Shown: positions 1 through 9,434 of the stretch, one piece after another
Numbering within the stretch: the first letter of the stretch is position 1
Layout: every line of letters begins with the position of its first letter
DNA from: Candidatus Omnitrophota bacterium
GTDB lineage: Bacteria > Omnitrophota > Gorgyraeia > Zapsychrales > Fredricksoniimonadaceae
Length of the DNA: 64,000 nucleotides
Assembly (NCBI GenBank): GCA_903944345.1
Contig: CAJARJ010000011.1
Location: 3,460-67,459 of the forward strand
Direction: 5' to 3'
The notes under the pieces: model-generated
The model's database searches: none
The model's input: only the letters and a program-made list of their open reading frames with translations
What the model was told of the DNA's origin: nothing
Translations under genes and position numbers: made by a program

Positions 1-726
1 GTCCGGGTTCAAATCAATTCCCTTAACCAGGGAACGATCAGCATAAGCCGCAGACAACAAGGCACCTCGCAGAGCACGTTTGTACCAGGCCGCCAGAACC
101 ATTCCGCTGTATATCTGTCTCAGCCCGGCAAAATGCTCTGAACGATTCACTTCTTCGGTTATAACCGGAACCAGCACACTGCCCGCAGGCGATGCGGCCG
201 CGCTCATCGCTTTCAGACGCTGTTCCAGCAGATAAACGGTATTATCTTTTTCATAAAGTACGGCGCGTTCGGGCAGTATCCAGATTTTGCTAAGCATTTC
301 TGCCGACGTAGCCGTTTGCCAGAATGTCTGTCCGGTTACGGTGTCTGGATCCGTCAGGACAGACGCGGACTGTTTGAGAACCATGTCTTGCGCCAGAAGA
401 TCTCTGCCCATAAGGGTATGGCCGAAATTGGGGGCCGTTAACCGACCAGGTTCATCAGGAGAAAGGTTAACCCACTGGTCTTCATCGGGCACGGCCAAAG
501 CGGCCAGGAAATATTTGACCAGGCGCAAATATTCTTGCTGACGTTCACCCGGAGCAAGATTCTCGTTACCACGATCAATCAGGAACTCCAGGCTGAAAGG
601 ATTGCGTGGGTCAACCGTAAGCCCAGCCAGAACCGGTGACTGGGCATGCCCGTTTACCGGTATAACGACAATAAAAAGAAAAAATAAGTAGAATAAGTAG
701 TGACACACAGAATTGTTTCTTAACAT
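1..726 (-). CDS. Paralog A of the secreted multi-domain protein family (5' part only; the gene runs off the left edge). Signal peptide plus the shared N-terminal module.
   Basis: Manual minus-strand translation from the ATG at 726-724: MLRNNSVCHYLFYLFFLFIVVIPVNGHAQSP... It is open to position 1 (242 codons), which is why it is not in the ORF track. It aligns with the N-termini of the 2814-, 936- and 1384-aa proteins (WVNLSP, GRDLLAQD.VLKQ, KIWILPERAVLYEK, EEVNRSEHFAGLRQIYSGMVLAAWYK). Confidence 0.6.
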   Translation of the reverse strand, partial: MLRNNSVCHYLFYLFFLFIVVIPVNGHAQSPVLAGLTVDPRNPFSLEFLIDRGNENLAPGERQQEYLRLVKYFLAALAVPDEDQWVNLSPDEPGRLTAPNFGHTLMGRDLLAQDMVLKQSASVLTDPDTVTGQTFWQTATSAEMLSKIWILPERAVLYEKDNTVYLLEQRLKAMSAAASPAGSVLVPVITEEVNRSEHFAGLRQIYSGMVLAAWYKRALRGALLSAAYADRSLVKGIDLNPD

Positions 727-728
727 AT

Positions 729-745
729 TGTGACATTATATCACA
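729..745. promoter_or_regulatory. TGTGA-N7-TCACA palindrome (tgtgacattatatcaca) immediately upstream of the paralog A start codon. On the minus strand it reads GTGATATAATGTCACA and contains a TATAAT -10-like hexamer.
   Basis: Seen directly in the sequence. A Crp/Fnr-like inverted repeat, but with a 7-bp spacer rather than 6. Confidence 0.3.
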
Positions 746-787
746 TTGTAATAAAATGTTAAAGGACTGCACAAAACAATTCTGTAT

Positions 788-813
788 GTCACGAATTATA
801 GTCACGAATTATA
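788..813. repeat. Tandem direct repeat, 2 x 13 bp (gtcacgaattata), lying between the stop of the giant gene and the 18-bp motif copy at 775-792.
   Basis: Seen directly: gtcacgaattata gtcacgaattata. Confidence 0.7.
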
Positions 814-3800
814 TCAGGGGGAAATAAAAAACGCCCGGATGTCTTTTTCAGGTTTTATGGCCACAATCACCGGAACTAGCCCGCTGATATCCGCATATTT
901 TTGTAAAATAGCCGGCGAAATATCCATGTCCATACCACCATCATGGCTTATGGCAAGATCAAAACGGGAAGTATCCAGATCAATACCACCGGGATTATCT
1001 TCCGGCACAGACGTGTGATCCGGATCAGCAGGTATTCCCCTGTCTTCCTCGATCAAACGAAGTGTTCGATCAACAGAAAAAGGCAAAAAACTCCCCGCAT
1101 TTACCCGGTTTACCTGCCAGGCCGCGTTTAACAAAAACAGCCAGGCCGAAGGATGACGCAAAAGAGATTCCCCTGAAACTCCCGTGAAAAGATCATCAAG
1201 TCTTTGCGCATAACTATTCTCCAGCAGTAATGTTCCATTATCAGTTAACCGCATTCTCCCCTTCATGCCCGGTCCGGCAGGAGCTATATTCAACCGGGAC
1301 AAATCCACCCCCAGAAGCCGCTGACTGTCAGCAAAAAGACGACGGCTCCATTCCTGCGCACCAGGCAGCCAAGCGGGTGCAACGCTGTCGCGAGAGATCT
1401 GCCCGGCTGAAGAGTCCCCAGAAGATTGAAGAAAATTGTTTATATCCGGAAGATTTACCGGTTTGACGGCCTCAGCCTCGCCGGATTTCTGCCGGACTGT
1501 TTGCGTTTCTTCAGGCTTTTGCGCGGATGCCTTACGCGACCGACGGGAAGCAATCGAAGCTCTGGCAAAAATGATCCCGGTTACAATAAGAAAAAAAGCC
1601 GTGATACCTCCCACAACGAAAGCAACCGGGTGCATCAGAATTTTCGCCGCTCTGGCACGGAAGGAGAAATCGTCCGCCACCTTGTACTCGCGGGAAACAT
1701 CCTTGAATGAATCCTGGAACTCTGTCAGCCCGACGCTTGAATCGCCAGAAACAGTCGAAGGCACTCCCGTGTCTGTACCAGGCACCGGAGGATCGTACTC
1801 TCCTTGCACATTCCGGACATTGACAATGTTGTCCGTTCCCCAGGAAAAAGGAATAATCGTACCGTTCTGTCCGACAACATAAGTATCCGCATGATAACTG
1901 TTGGAGAAAACTCTTCCGTAGTTCTTGTAAATATGCACACTGCTGTCCAAAGCACGATAACCCATACGATTTAGAAACAACCCGTAATACCGGCTGATAT
2001 CTCCGCAGGCTCCTCCAGCTTTTTTATCCGGGTCACCTCCACCGGTAATTTTCATCAAAGCGTCTGTTGCGGTGACATCCCCCTGATAAACCTCTCTGGT
2101 ATCATCGTACTCAATAAAGTCTGCGGTCATTTCCAGTGTCTTAAGAACCTTTTCCCTGGCAGAGAGAGAAACGTCTTCGGAAATGGCGCGTATTTTCTTT
2201 TCCAGAACAGGATAAGTCTGCATGGCATGAAACTCCTGGTTGTCCTGATCAACCACCGGAATCTGCCCAGCAGGAAGACGATTGTTTTTATCCCGGCGCG
2301 GAATAATATACGTGATTGTTCCTGAGGAAGTAAAATCCTGCTTCACCGTGACATGCCCCCGGCTGATCGAAGTCTGGTCAAAAAGCGCCAAAGGAATAGT
2401 TGATGTCATAATTCTCTCGGGAACACCGTCTACAATCTGCGGAAAATAAATAGTCTCTCCGGCCTGATGCGGCCCCAACGGCATGGTAACAATAACCGCT
2501 TCTCCTGTCCGCTTGCCCTGCGGCTCCATTTCCCTTAAAGCAACTGTTTTCCCGTTTCCGTCGGAATAATGAAAGGCATGGATCAGATACTCCCCCGGGC
2601 GCATTCCTGTCACCTGATAAAGTGAAACGGCATTCCTGCTTTCAGGAACAGATCGAGGCAATTCAATACCATTCGTCAGATACGGATAACCACCTTGTTC
2701 AGCCAGAAAAATAACCGCTCCAGTCAACGCAACCGCCGCTGCCTTGCGCCACCTGACAGGAAAAACACGCTCAAGGGTTACCGAAAAGGTCTCACTGGTA
2801 CTCAAAGGACGGGCTTTCAGGACTGACGGAATATCTTCGTGCTGGGGAGGAAGAATGAAGGGCGAATCGATTTCCGGTGCATCGAGTGTCTGAACAGAAC
2901 CGCCGCGGTAAATGTCCAGAAGGCTCATCGGGCCATTAACCGTATCAAACTTCACCCGCACCATCAAACGGTACCAGTGTTTTAACATGTCTTCTTCCGG
3001 CACCAGATCAAAGCGGCTCTGCTTGTCGGAGGATGTATAGGCATTATTCAAATAGGCTGAAAATCTCCTGATCTCGGGATACCTGCTCTCATCTTCGCCG
3101 GCTCTCTCCAGAGAGGCCTTGACAGAAGCGACAATGTCAGGATCATTTATCCTGTCTGAACGCACCGCCAGAGCCAGCATGGCCTTAAGCCCTTCACTTG
3201 CGCGGATCAATGGCCAGTACGCCGGATAAGCCGGCTCCGTGCGGGCCTTGGTGGGCAAAATACCGTCCGGTATTTCCGTATCCACCCCCCATGACAAAAG
3301 AGTGCGCTGGACTTCCACCGGAATAACACCGTCCCAATATCTGGAGGCCACCGCGTCCAGAGGTGCCGGCATGGGCAGATTGTCCTGCAAAACCCTGCTA
3401 AGAGAATGCCCTGTGATCAAAAGACGCGAATCGGAAAAATCTCCGAAACGCAAAGACGCAGCAGGCTCTCCCGGGCGATTGAGTTTTTCTCCGTTTAAAA
3501 AAATATCGACATCTTCCACCGCACTTCCATAGTACTCAAACCGTTTCTTTATTTTGCTGGCGTAGCGCCTCAGCTCCGCCATCGATTCAAACACCCTTTC
3601 CTGGCGGATCAAGGTTCCGTGAAGAGGCTCTTGATCCTGCAAAGACACCACTTCCCGTTCCTGGAGCGAATCAACCACCAATGTCCCGTCTTCCTTCCTG
3701 GAAGCTGAAAGCACAAACCCGTAATTTGCAGGGGCCCCGGCGGCCACACGGGAGACCGGCAGGCTTTCAACCACAATCCTGTCGCCAGGAAGGGTTTGGG

Positions 3801-6800
3801 CCCATATGGTATAAAAGCCCTGCCCCATATGACGCGACTTACTGGTGGCATCCAGAGGAAGAAGTTTGTTAATCATGACATAATCATCCATGCCATCGCC
3901 TTTGTCCCGGATCTGGAGAGCCAGCGTATATTTCCCGTCAGTACGCGCAACAGAGTACAGGCGCACAGCAATGTCTTTCTGTTGGCCCTCCTGTCCGGAA
4001 CGAAGTGCGTCCCGGGCATTCTGCAAAAGCTCCCGCGGCAAGGTGGTAGGATCCTGCCCCGAGATGGCCGAAAAAATTTCCTGATCATAACCGGCTTTGA
4101 CATCCCCAGGAAAAGAAGAACCCAGTTCTCTGTCCAGCCCGGAGATATCCAGATCAGAATCTGCCCGGTTACGCGCGGAAAGAATATGGGCCAAAGGGAT
4201 ATCTTCAAGGCTATGAATTATTTTCCCTTCCCCGGGGACAAGAGATTCGAAGGTATCTCTCGCTGGCACAGACATGGCCAAGGGGTATAAAAGAGCATGC
4301 CAGAACTCCCGCATGGCCGGCGGGGCCTGATCCTGGTATTCGGACGCAAGCAAACGAACACCGGGCATTGTTTCCTGTCCGACAACATACCTGCGGTTTA
4401 TTTGATCCAGAAACCCTCTCGCCGAGAAAGGATCATCTCCGGCAAGCGCTTCTACCCAGGCAGACACAACCGTATTGAGCTTTTCCGGAACAAGCGTATC
4501 GAGAACAGGATCCATCCTCTCAAAAAAAAGGAACAACTCATTCTCCGCGGACAAAACGGTTGTCTGCACATACCTGAGAAGCGAAGAACGAACTTCATCA
4601 GAAAGCCGTCCTAATACCCGAGCCGAGGCAAACGGCAAAAGTGGGGCAAGAGAATCTGTTATAAGCTCAGGCGGCAAAGAAGCCAGATTGTCGAAAAGCC
4701 GCCGAAGTCTCAGAACGGAGAGATATTCTTTTCCTGACTCCGACTCCGGCACGGCCTCAATTTCTTCCGAAGAAGGGAAATCGAGCCTCTTCCAAAACTT
4801 CTTCATTGACCCCGTCGCCGGCAACAAAACATGGTCCGCGGCCAACACAGGAGTGGAACTCCATTCTCCCGGGGGAAGAAGTTCCCATAAATTATAAAAA
4901 CGACGGGCTTCCTTATCGAATATATAACCAGAGAACTTTTCTATAGAACCAATGCCGCCACCCAAAACAACAAAATCATATCGACCCGGTCCGCCGATAT
5001 AACGTGTAACATCTCTATCTGCGGGAAGTGGTATTTCCTGCAAGGAGCCATCGGCAAGATCAATACTCACCAATTTCTTTCCGGCCACTCCGTAAAGGCT
5101 GCCCTGCCAACGGGTAAAACTTAAGTCCGACTCTTCCGTATTCAGTTTCCCACGAAGAACAAGACCATCAAAAACCGTATATTGACTGCCTATCGTATAA
5201 ACATAAAGGCAGACTTCTCCGGATTTTTTTTTGCTCCTGGTCAAGGCGTAAACATATTTATCATCAGCTGAAGAATATAACAGTTTTTGATTAGACGGAT
5301 AAATAATAACCGGTATCCGCTTGATCTTTCTTTCCGAAAGAGTAACTCGTGCGATTACACCCATGCCACCCAGAAAAAATTTGTCAGCAATATAAACATC
5401 TCCCTCAGGCCCGGGGACCGGAGCCATCGCCGATGGAGAGGAATATCTGTAAGACCTCTTCTTGTTCAGATCAAAAAGCAAATGAGCCCAGTTTCCGAAT
5501 ACAGGTATACTCAAATCAACGAACCCTGGAACGGACTTTGAAGGAAGAAGTTTTGATAAATGAGCTTCGAAACTGGAAAGATCAAAGTGCTTCCTCAAGA
5601 AATAAAGCCCACCATAATCTGAAATCAAAAGCCACCACAAAGAATAACCTATACCAAGGAAGGTAAATAAATATGATAATGCGTAATAATAAGTAAAATA
5701 GTACTGATACTGAAGGCAAAGAATCAAAAACGCAGCAATTTCTAGTGATTGACGAATCCGCAGACCTTCCCCGGGAACGATATTCTTTCTGACATCCCAG
5801 AACGTTTGCCGCGCAATAATGGATATCAGACCAACAGAAATCAGCCCTATTGTCGATGTAAAACCACCTACTGCATATACACCAAGAGCGATCACTGCCA
5901 GAGACATAACTGAAACCAGTAAATGAACGACATCTCCAGCAGACAACTTGTTTCTTAACGGAATATTCATCACAAAACGCCCCTGGTTCACAGTCAAACC
6001 AAACGGAGTGGCTGTTGAATTTTGCAGCAAATCATGGGATGAATACCTCCCGCTTTTCTTGCCCGTAAGAGAGTTGATCGCCCAACGATAGGATCTATCA
6101 GCTCTTTGCTCCCATCCAATAATTTCGTTGCTATTGAATACTGACTCATTGTTCGTATCGGTCACAACAAATTCAGGAGCGTCATTCCACAGATAATGAC
6201 CGTCACTCAGCGCACCCTGCGGGTGCATCTTGCGGAAAGGTCTCCAGTCGGGGTCATCCGCATCCGGTTTTGACACCGTTGAAATCATTACGCCGTCGCT
6301 GGTAACCTCCTCCACAGTATTAGCACCTAGTGTCCCGGATGACGACTCGACCGACTCCACGGCCTGGGCGAGGCCATTCGCGCTCAGTGCAGCCGATTGC
6401 AGGTTATTACGAAGCCTTTGAGTGTCTCCGGCGGAAAGTCCGGATCCCTCTTCTAATCTCTGCAAAACAATCCCCAAATCTTCCTTCAGATTCCCGGCCT
6501 CTTCTGCCGGTAAAGTAAAGCTGACAATACCGTTCTCCCGCAAAACAGCATTCATAAACTCTGCCGACTTGTGCCTGTCGGGTGCCTGTAACAGTGTTTC
6601 TTCCTGGGAATTCGATATAAACAACGCTTCTCTGCCAAAAGGAATCATCAATGCTTTATCCTCCGACGGCAAGACATAAACTCTCTGCCCGCGAAAAGAC
6701 CGGGAACGGTTCAGCGAAGAATCCAGAAGCTCGCTTGAGCCTGTAAAAAATGCATCATCCAGATAAAAAAGCGCCAGACCTGAAAGATCCTGCCCCTCCA

Positions 6801-9258
6801 AAGCTCCGGATAAAGTCCGTGGCAGAAAAAGTATATTTCCGTAATTCTGCTGTAAATACGGCAAAAAAAGCTCTTTTCTGGCACGGCTGACGAAATCTTC
6901 CACAAAATCATACCCATTACCAGCCACCGCTCTTTTACGCAAGAACATCATGACCCGCAAATACCCGTTGATCATGGCAAGAACCTGGGAGACATTCCCC
7001 CAGAAAAGACGCTCCCGCATCTTGAGCAGAAAATCACCGGTCAGGACATGAATACTGCTTTCAACTGTAGCATCAATAACAATATCGTTCTTGTCATCCG
7101 TCAGGGTTGTTACCGCCGGAAGACGAATGGTCAGTTCTTCCGGAAGAATATTCCCCTCTGCTCCTGTTTCCTGCTCAACCATGGATCTTCCGCCGGCATA
7201 AATCCGCATCTTCATTTGCTTTTGTGTAGTTCCCTGGGATATTTCGGCATCAACAGCTTTCTCGATATCCACTTGAGTGCGCCTGCGGACAAGATCATCC
7301 GGAGTATTTTCTCCTGCCCGGGGACGCGGAAGTTTTGTCAGAAGCACTGAATCGCTCATGCCGTCGGCGTGATCCCGCACAGAGAAACCGTCTTTAAAAA
7401 TATTAACCTCCAAAGACAATCCCTGATCATCAACAAGATATTTGTTCTCCAATCCCTGACCGCCAAAATAAACTGTGTCCCGATGCGGATTAACCAGCTC
7501 GCCGTTCAAAACTATTCTGATCTGATTGTTCCACCCGTATTTGACACGAACAGCCACTTGCATCCGGCTGATAAAATCCGGATCCCGCTCAAAACGGCTC
7601 AAGCGGGCGGTAAATGTTGTGCCCACATCAAACGTCCCCGGGAGTTTGTCGAAATAAATATGTATTTTCCCGCCCCTGCGAAAGAAAAGAACCCTCCTGC
7701 CTTCTCCCTTGTCACCTGGAGTAGACGTAACCCAGCTGATCATATCTCCCTTAAGCTGGCCATCTTCACGGCGCAGTTCTTCCTGTAAATACGAGAGCAC
7801 CTGCAACCCTCCCTCTCCGAACTGCCCCAAAGAAAAATCAAGGCCCAGTTTCCGGAAAACGGCATCTATCGAATTATCCATCAATTCAAAAACCGGACTG
7901 AATTCATCTCCCGACTGCTGGAAAACATGGGTATTCCCCCGCCCCTCGGAAACCCGTCCGGAAATGATCTCCTTGAGTTTTCTGTTACCGTCGGGGGTAT
8001 ACCACCTGCTGAAATCCTCTGCCGACACGTCCCGGATATATGGAAAAAACTTCTGCCACTCGAAAGACATATCCAGGTTAAAAGGCGGAATATCTGCCGC
8101 GCTTTCGGCGGCATCTGTTTCACCTTGCCGCAGCACATCCGGAGCATTGCTCCACTCTTTGGCTGTAACCTCAATAACCATTCCCCGGGCCGGAACATGA
8201 GCCGGATCAAAAGGCAACATCTGCATGGCCAGATCAATCGCCTCGCCCTGAAAACCGCCGGAGAAATATTTCCGGGGAAGATCTTCGCCGGTAAACAAAT
8301 CAGTTTCATTTTTGATATAATTGAAAACGCCTTTCCTAAAAGCCTCCATATACTTCTGCCAGATCTTTTTCGCTTCTTCGGGATCGTCAATATTAACTCC
8401 AGCCGTCTTGTTCCTGTCCACATACACCGCCGAAAGAAGCGACTGCCTGATTTTCTTTTTGTACCACGCCGCCAAAATCAACGACTGGTACACCTGCCGG
8501 AGCCGGGTAAAATGTTCTCCTTCGTTGACCTCTTTCTCCATCTCGGGAATAACAACTTCACGCAGGACAGCACGGGCAATCTCTGAAGCCGAAGATATCA
8601 CTGGTGCCGAAACAGTCTCACTGCCTGAGGCCAGATAATCCTGTTCAAGCATCACCTTCAGCCGCGATTGCGTGATATACACCGCACCGGCTTGCACATT
8701 CTCATACACCACGGCCTTATCGGGAACAATCCAGACCTTGTTGAACGTGTCTATCGGAATATCCGTCGTACCATATTTCTCCTGCGCCAGGGCGTACACC
8801 TTCTGCCAGAACTTCTTTCCTGTCTCACCCTCGGGATAAAGCAAAGATGCGGTCAGCTGTTTGAGAATATAGTCCTGCTCCAGAAGATCCCGGCCCATTT
8901 CAGTCTGGCCAAAAGCTTCGGGGATAATACGGTCTTTTTCGTAGGGACTCAAATTGACCCACAGGTCTTTTCCGGGGATAGTCAGACTGGCCAGAAAATA
9001 CCTGATAAGCCTTTCGGATTCTTTCTTAAGATCGGATCCTTGGGGCAATCGGCTTCCCGGATCAAGGATAAAGTCAAAACGAAACGGCTCTTTAGGGTAC
9101 ACCTTAAGCCCTGTGAGCACAGGAGGAGAAAAAACAGGACTTAAAAACAATCTTTCACTAGGCGGAGGCAGGAAGGACTGGGCATGCCCGGAAGAAACGC
9201 TCTGGAACGAAAAGGCCAGCAAAAGGATACAACAAATAACTTTCCTTATAGTATACAT
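814..9258 (-). CDS. Giant secreted/membrane protein (2814 aa), paralog B. It has a signal peptide, the shared N-terminal module, a long unique middle with an internal block of about four TM helices, a TM helix near the C-terminus, and the shared C-terminal tag.
   Basis: Single uninterrupted ORF. Signal peptide MYTIRKVICCILLLAFSFQSVSSGHAQS. N-terminal ~330 aa are 60-65% identical to the 936- and 1384-aa proteins. TM-like runs include HLLVSVMSLAVIALGVYAVGGFTSTIGLISVGLISIIA and LAFLILCLQYQYYFTYYYALSYLFTFLGIGYSLWWLLI. C-terminal motif PGGIDLD...GLVPVIVAIKP. Confidence 0.8.
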   Translation of the reverse strand: MYTIRKVICCILLLAFSFQSVSSGHAQSFLPPPSERLFLSPVFSPPVLTGLKVYPKEPFRFDFILDPGSRLPQGSDLKKESERLIRYFLASLTIPGKDLWVNLSPYEKDRIIPEAFGQTEMGRDLLEQDYILKQLTASLLYPEGETGKKFWQKVYALAQEKYGTTDIPIDTFNKVWIVPDKAVVYENVQAGAVYITQSRLKVMLEQDYLASGSETVSAPVISSASEIARAVLREVVIPEMEKEVNEGEHFTRLRQVYQSLILAAWYKKKIRQSLLSAVYVDRNKTAGVNIDDPEEAKKIWQKYMEAFRKGVFNYIKNETDLFTGEDLPRKYFSGGFQGEAIDLAMQMLPFDPAHVPARGMVIEVTAKEWSNAPDVLRQGETDAAESAADIPPFNLDMSFEWQKFFPYIRDVSAEDFSRWYTPDGNRKLKEIISGRVSEGRGNTHVFQQSGDEFSPVFELMDNSIDAVFRKLGLDFSLGQFGEGGLQVLSYLQEELRREDGQLKGDMISWVTSTPGDKGEGRRVLFFRRGGKIHIYFDKLPGTFDVGTTFTARLSRFERDPDFISRMQVAVRVKYGWNNQIRIVLNGELVNPHRDTVYFGGQGLENKYLVDDQGLSLEVNIFKDGFSVRDHADGMSDSVLLTKLPRPRAGENTPDDLVRRRTQVDIEKAVDAEISQGTTQKQMKMRIYAGGRSMVEQETGAEGNILPEELTIRLPAVTTLTDDKNDIVIDATVESSIHVLTGDFLLKMRERLFWGNVSQVLAMINGYLRVMMFLRKRAVAGNGYDFVEDFVSRARKELFLPYLQQNYGNILFLPRTLSGALEGQDLSGLALFYLDDAFFTGSSELLDSSLNRSRSFRGQRVYVLPSEDKALMIPFGREALFISNSQEETLLQAPDRHKSAEFMNAVLRENGIVSFTLPAEEAGNLKEDLGIVLQRLEEGSGLSAGDTQRLRNNLQSAALSANGLAQAVESVESSSGTLGANTVEEVTSDGVMISTVSKPDADDPDWRPFRKMHPQGALSDGHYLWNDAPEFVVTDTNNESVFNSNEIIGWEQRADRSYRWAINSLTGKKSGRYSSHDLLQNSTATPFGLTVNQGRFVMNIPLRNKLSAGDVVHLLVSVMSLAVIALGVYAVGGFTSTIGLISVGLISIIARQTFWDVRKNIVPGEGLRIRQSLEIAAFLILCLQYQYYFTYYYALSYLFTFLGIGYSLWWLLISDYGGLYFLRKHFDLSSFEAHLSKLLPSKSVPGFVDLSIPVFGNWAHLLFDLNKKRSYRYSSPSAMAPVPGPEGDVYIADKFFLGGMGVIARVTLSERKIKRIPVIIYPSNQKLLYSSADDKYVYALTRSKKKSGEVCLYVYTIGSQYTVFDGLVLRGKLNTEESDLSFTRWQGSLYGVAGKKLVSIDLADGSLQEIPLPADRDVTRYIGGPGRYDFVVLGGGIGSIEKFSGYIFDKEARRFYNLWELLPPGEWSSTPVLAADHVLLPATGSMKKFWKRLDFPSSEEIEAVPESESGKEYLSVLRLRRLFDNLASLPPELITDSLAPLLPFASARVLGRLSDEVRSSLLRYVQTTVLSAENELFLFFERMDPVLDTLVPEKLNTVVSAWVEALAGDDPFSARGFLDQINRRYVVGQETMPGVRLLASEYQDQAPPAMREFWHALLYPLAMSVPARDTFESLVPGEGKIIHSLEDIPLAHILSARNRADSDLDISGLDRELGSSFPGDVKAGYDQEIFSAISGQDPTTLPRELLQNARDALRSGQEGQQKDIAVRLYSVARTDGKYTLALQIRDKGDGMDDYVMINKLLPLDATSKSRHMGQGFYTIWAQTLPGDRIVVESLPVSRVAAGAPANYGFVLSASRKEDGTLVVDSLQEREVVSLQDQEPLHGTLIRQERVFESMAELRRYASKIKKRFEYYGSAVEDVDIFLNGEKLNRPGEPAASLRFGDFSDSRLLITGHSLSRVLQDNLPMPAPLDAVASRYWDGVIPVEVQRTLLSWGVDTEIPDGILPTKARTEPAYPAYWPLIRASEGLKAMLALAVRSDRINDPDIVASVKASLERAGEDESRYPEIRRFSAYLNNAYTSSDKQSRFDLVPEEDMLKHWYRLMVRVKFDTVNGPMSLLDIYRGGSVQTLDAPEIDSPFILPPQHEDIPSVLKARPLSTSETFSVTLERVFPVRWRKAAAVALTGAVIFLAEQGGYPYLTNGIELPRSVPESRNAVSLYQVTGMRPGEYLIHAFHYSDGNGKTVALREMEPQGKRTGEAVIVTMPLGPHQAGETIYFPQIVDGVPERIMTSTIPLALFDQTSISRGHVTVKQDFTSSGTITYIIPRRDKNNRLPAGQIPVVDQDNQEFHAMQTYPVLEKKIRAISEDVSLSAREKVLKTLEMTADFIEYDDTREVYQGDVTATDALMKITGGGDPDKKAGGACGDISRYYGLFLNRMGYRALDSSVHIYKNYGRVFSNSYHADTYVVGQNGTIIPFSWGTDNIVNVRNVQGEYDPPVPGTDTGVPSTVSGDSSVGLTEFQDSFKDVSREYKVADDFSFRARAAKILMHPVAFVVGGITAFFLIVTGIIFARASIASRRSRKASAQKPEETQTVRQKSGEAEAVKPVNLPDINNFLQSSGDSSAGQISRDSVAPAWLPGAQEWSRRLFADSQRLLGVDLSRLNIAPAGPGMKGRMRLTDNGTLLLENSYAQRLDDLFTGVSGESLLRHPSAWLFLLNAAWQVNRVNAGSFLPFSVDRTLRLIEEDRGIPADPDHTSVPEDNPGGIDLDTSRFDLAISHDGGMDMDISPAILQKYADISGLVPVIVAIKPEKDIRAFFISP

Positions 9259-9282
9259 AAGGAAAGTTTAGACTATATGCGC

Positions 9283-9348
9283 ATAGAATGCCAAAAAGGC
9301 ATTAAACATACTGGGAACACAGAACCATTCCTTAACATATAGCGACAT
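9283..9348 (-). pseudogene. Remnant mini-ORF MLRNGSVFPVCLMPFWHSMRI* upstream of the giant gene, inside a duplicated 5' module. It is homologous to the start region of paralog A (MLRNNSVCHY...).
   Basis: Region 9335-9365 (cttaacatatagcgacattttatagc) is homologous to 719-745 (cttaacatattgtgacattatatcac). The equivalent ATG is followed by a stop after 21 codons. Confidence 0.4.
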
Positions 9349-9386
9349 TTTATAGCAATGCCACTAAACGTTAGAAAATGTCACGA

Positions 9387-9434
9387 AACAATTCTGTGTG
9401 TCACCGATTACCTAATTCTGTGTGTCACCGATTA
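9387..9434. repeat. Two copies of the 18-bp motif AACAATTCTGTGTGTCAC, arranged as a 2 x 21-bp tandem direct repeat (aattctgtgtgtcaccgatta, 3-bp spacer cct) upstream of the giant gene.
   Basis: Seen directly. The same 18-mer is at 775-792 (one G-to-A change) and inverted at 700-717. A partial copy (cagaattgt) is at 14407-14415. Confidence 0.7.

Noticed and set aside
611-805. 64-aa minus-strand ORF from the six-frame track, overlapping the paralog A start region.
   Set aside because: It is in the wrong frame and terminates after PVTGSGWAYG. The frame starting at 726 continues open to position 1 and is homologous to the other three paralogs.
7927-8586. 219-aa plus-strand ORF, along with the other plus-strand ORFs inside 814-9258.
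   Set aside because: They are nested antisense within the 2814-aa ORF, whose N-terminal module is conserved with three paralogs. No independent support.
9390-9434. Possible CRISPR-like repeat.
   Set aside because: There are only two copies, with a 3-bp spacer and no spacers of phage-like length. No cas genes are in the window.
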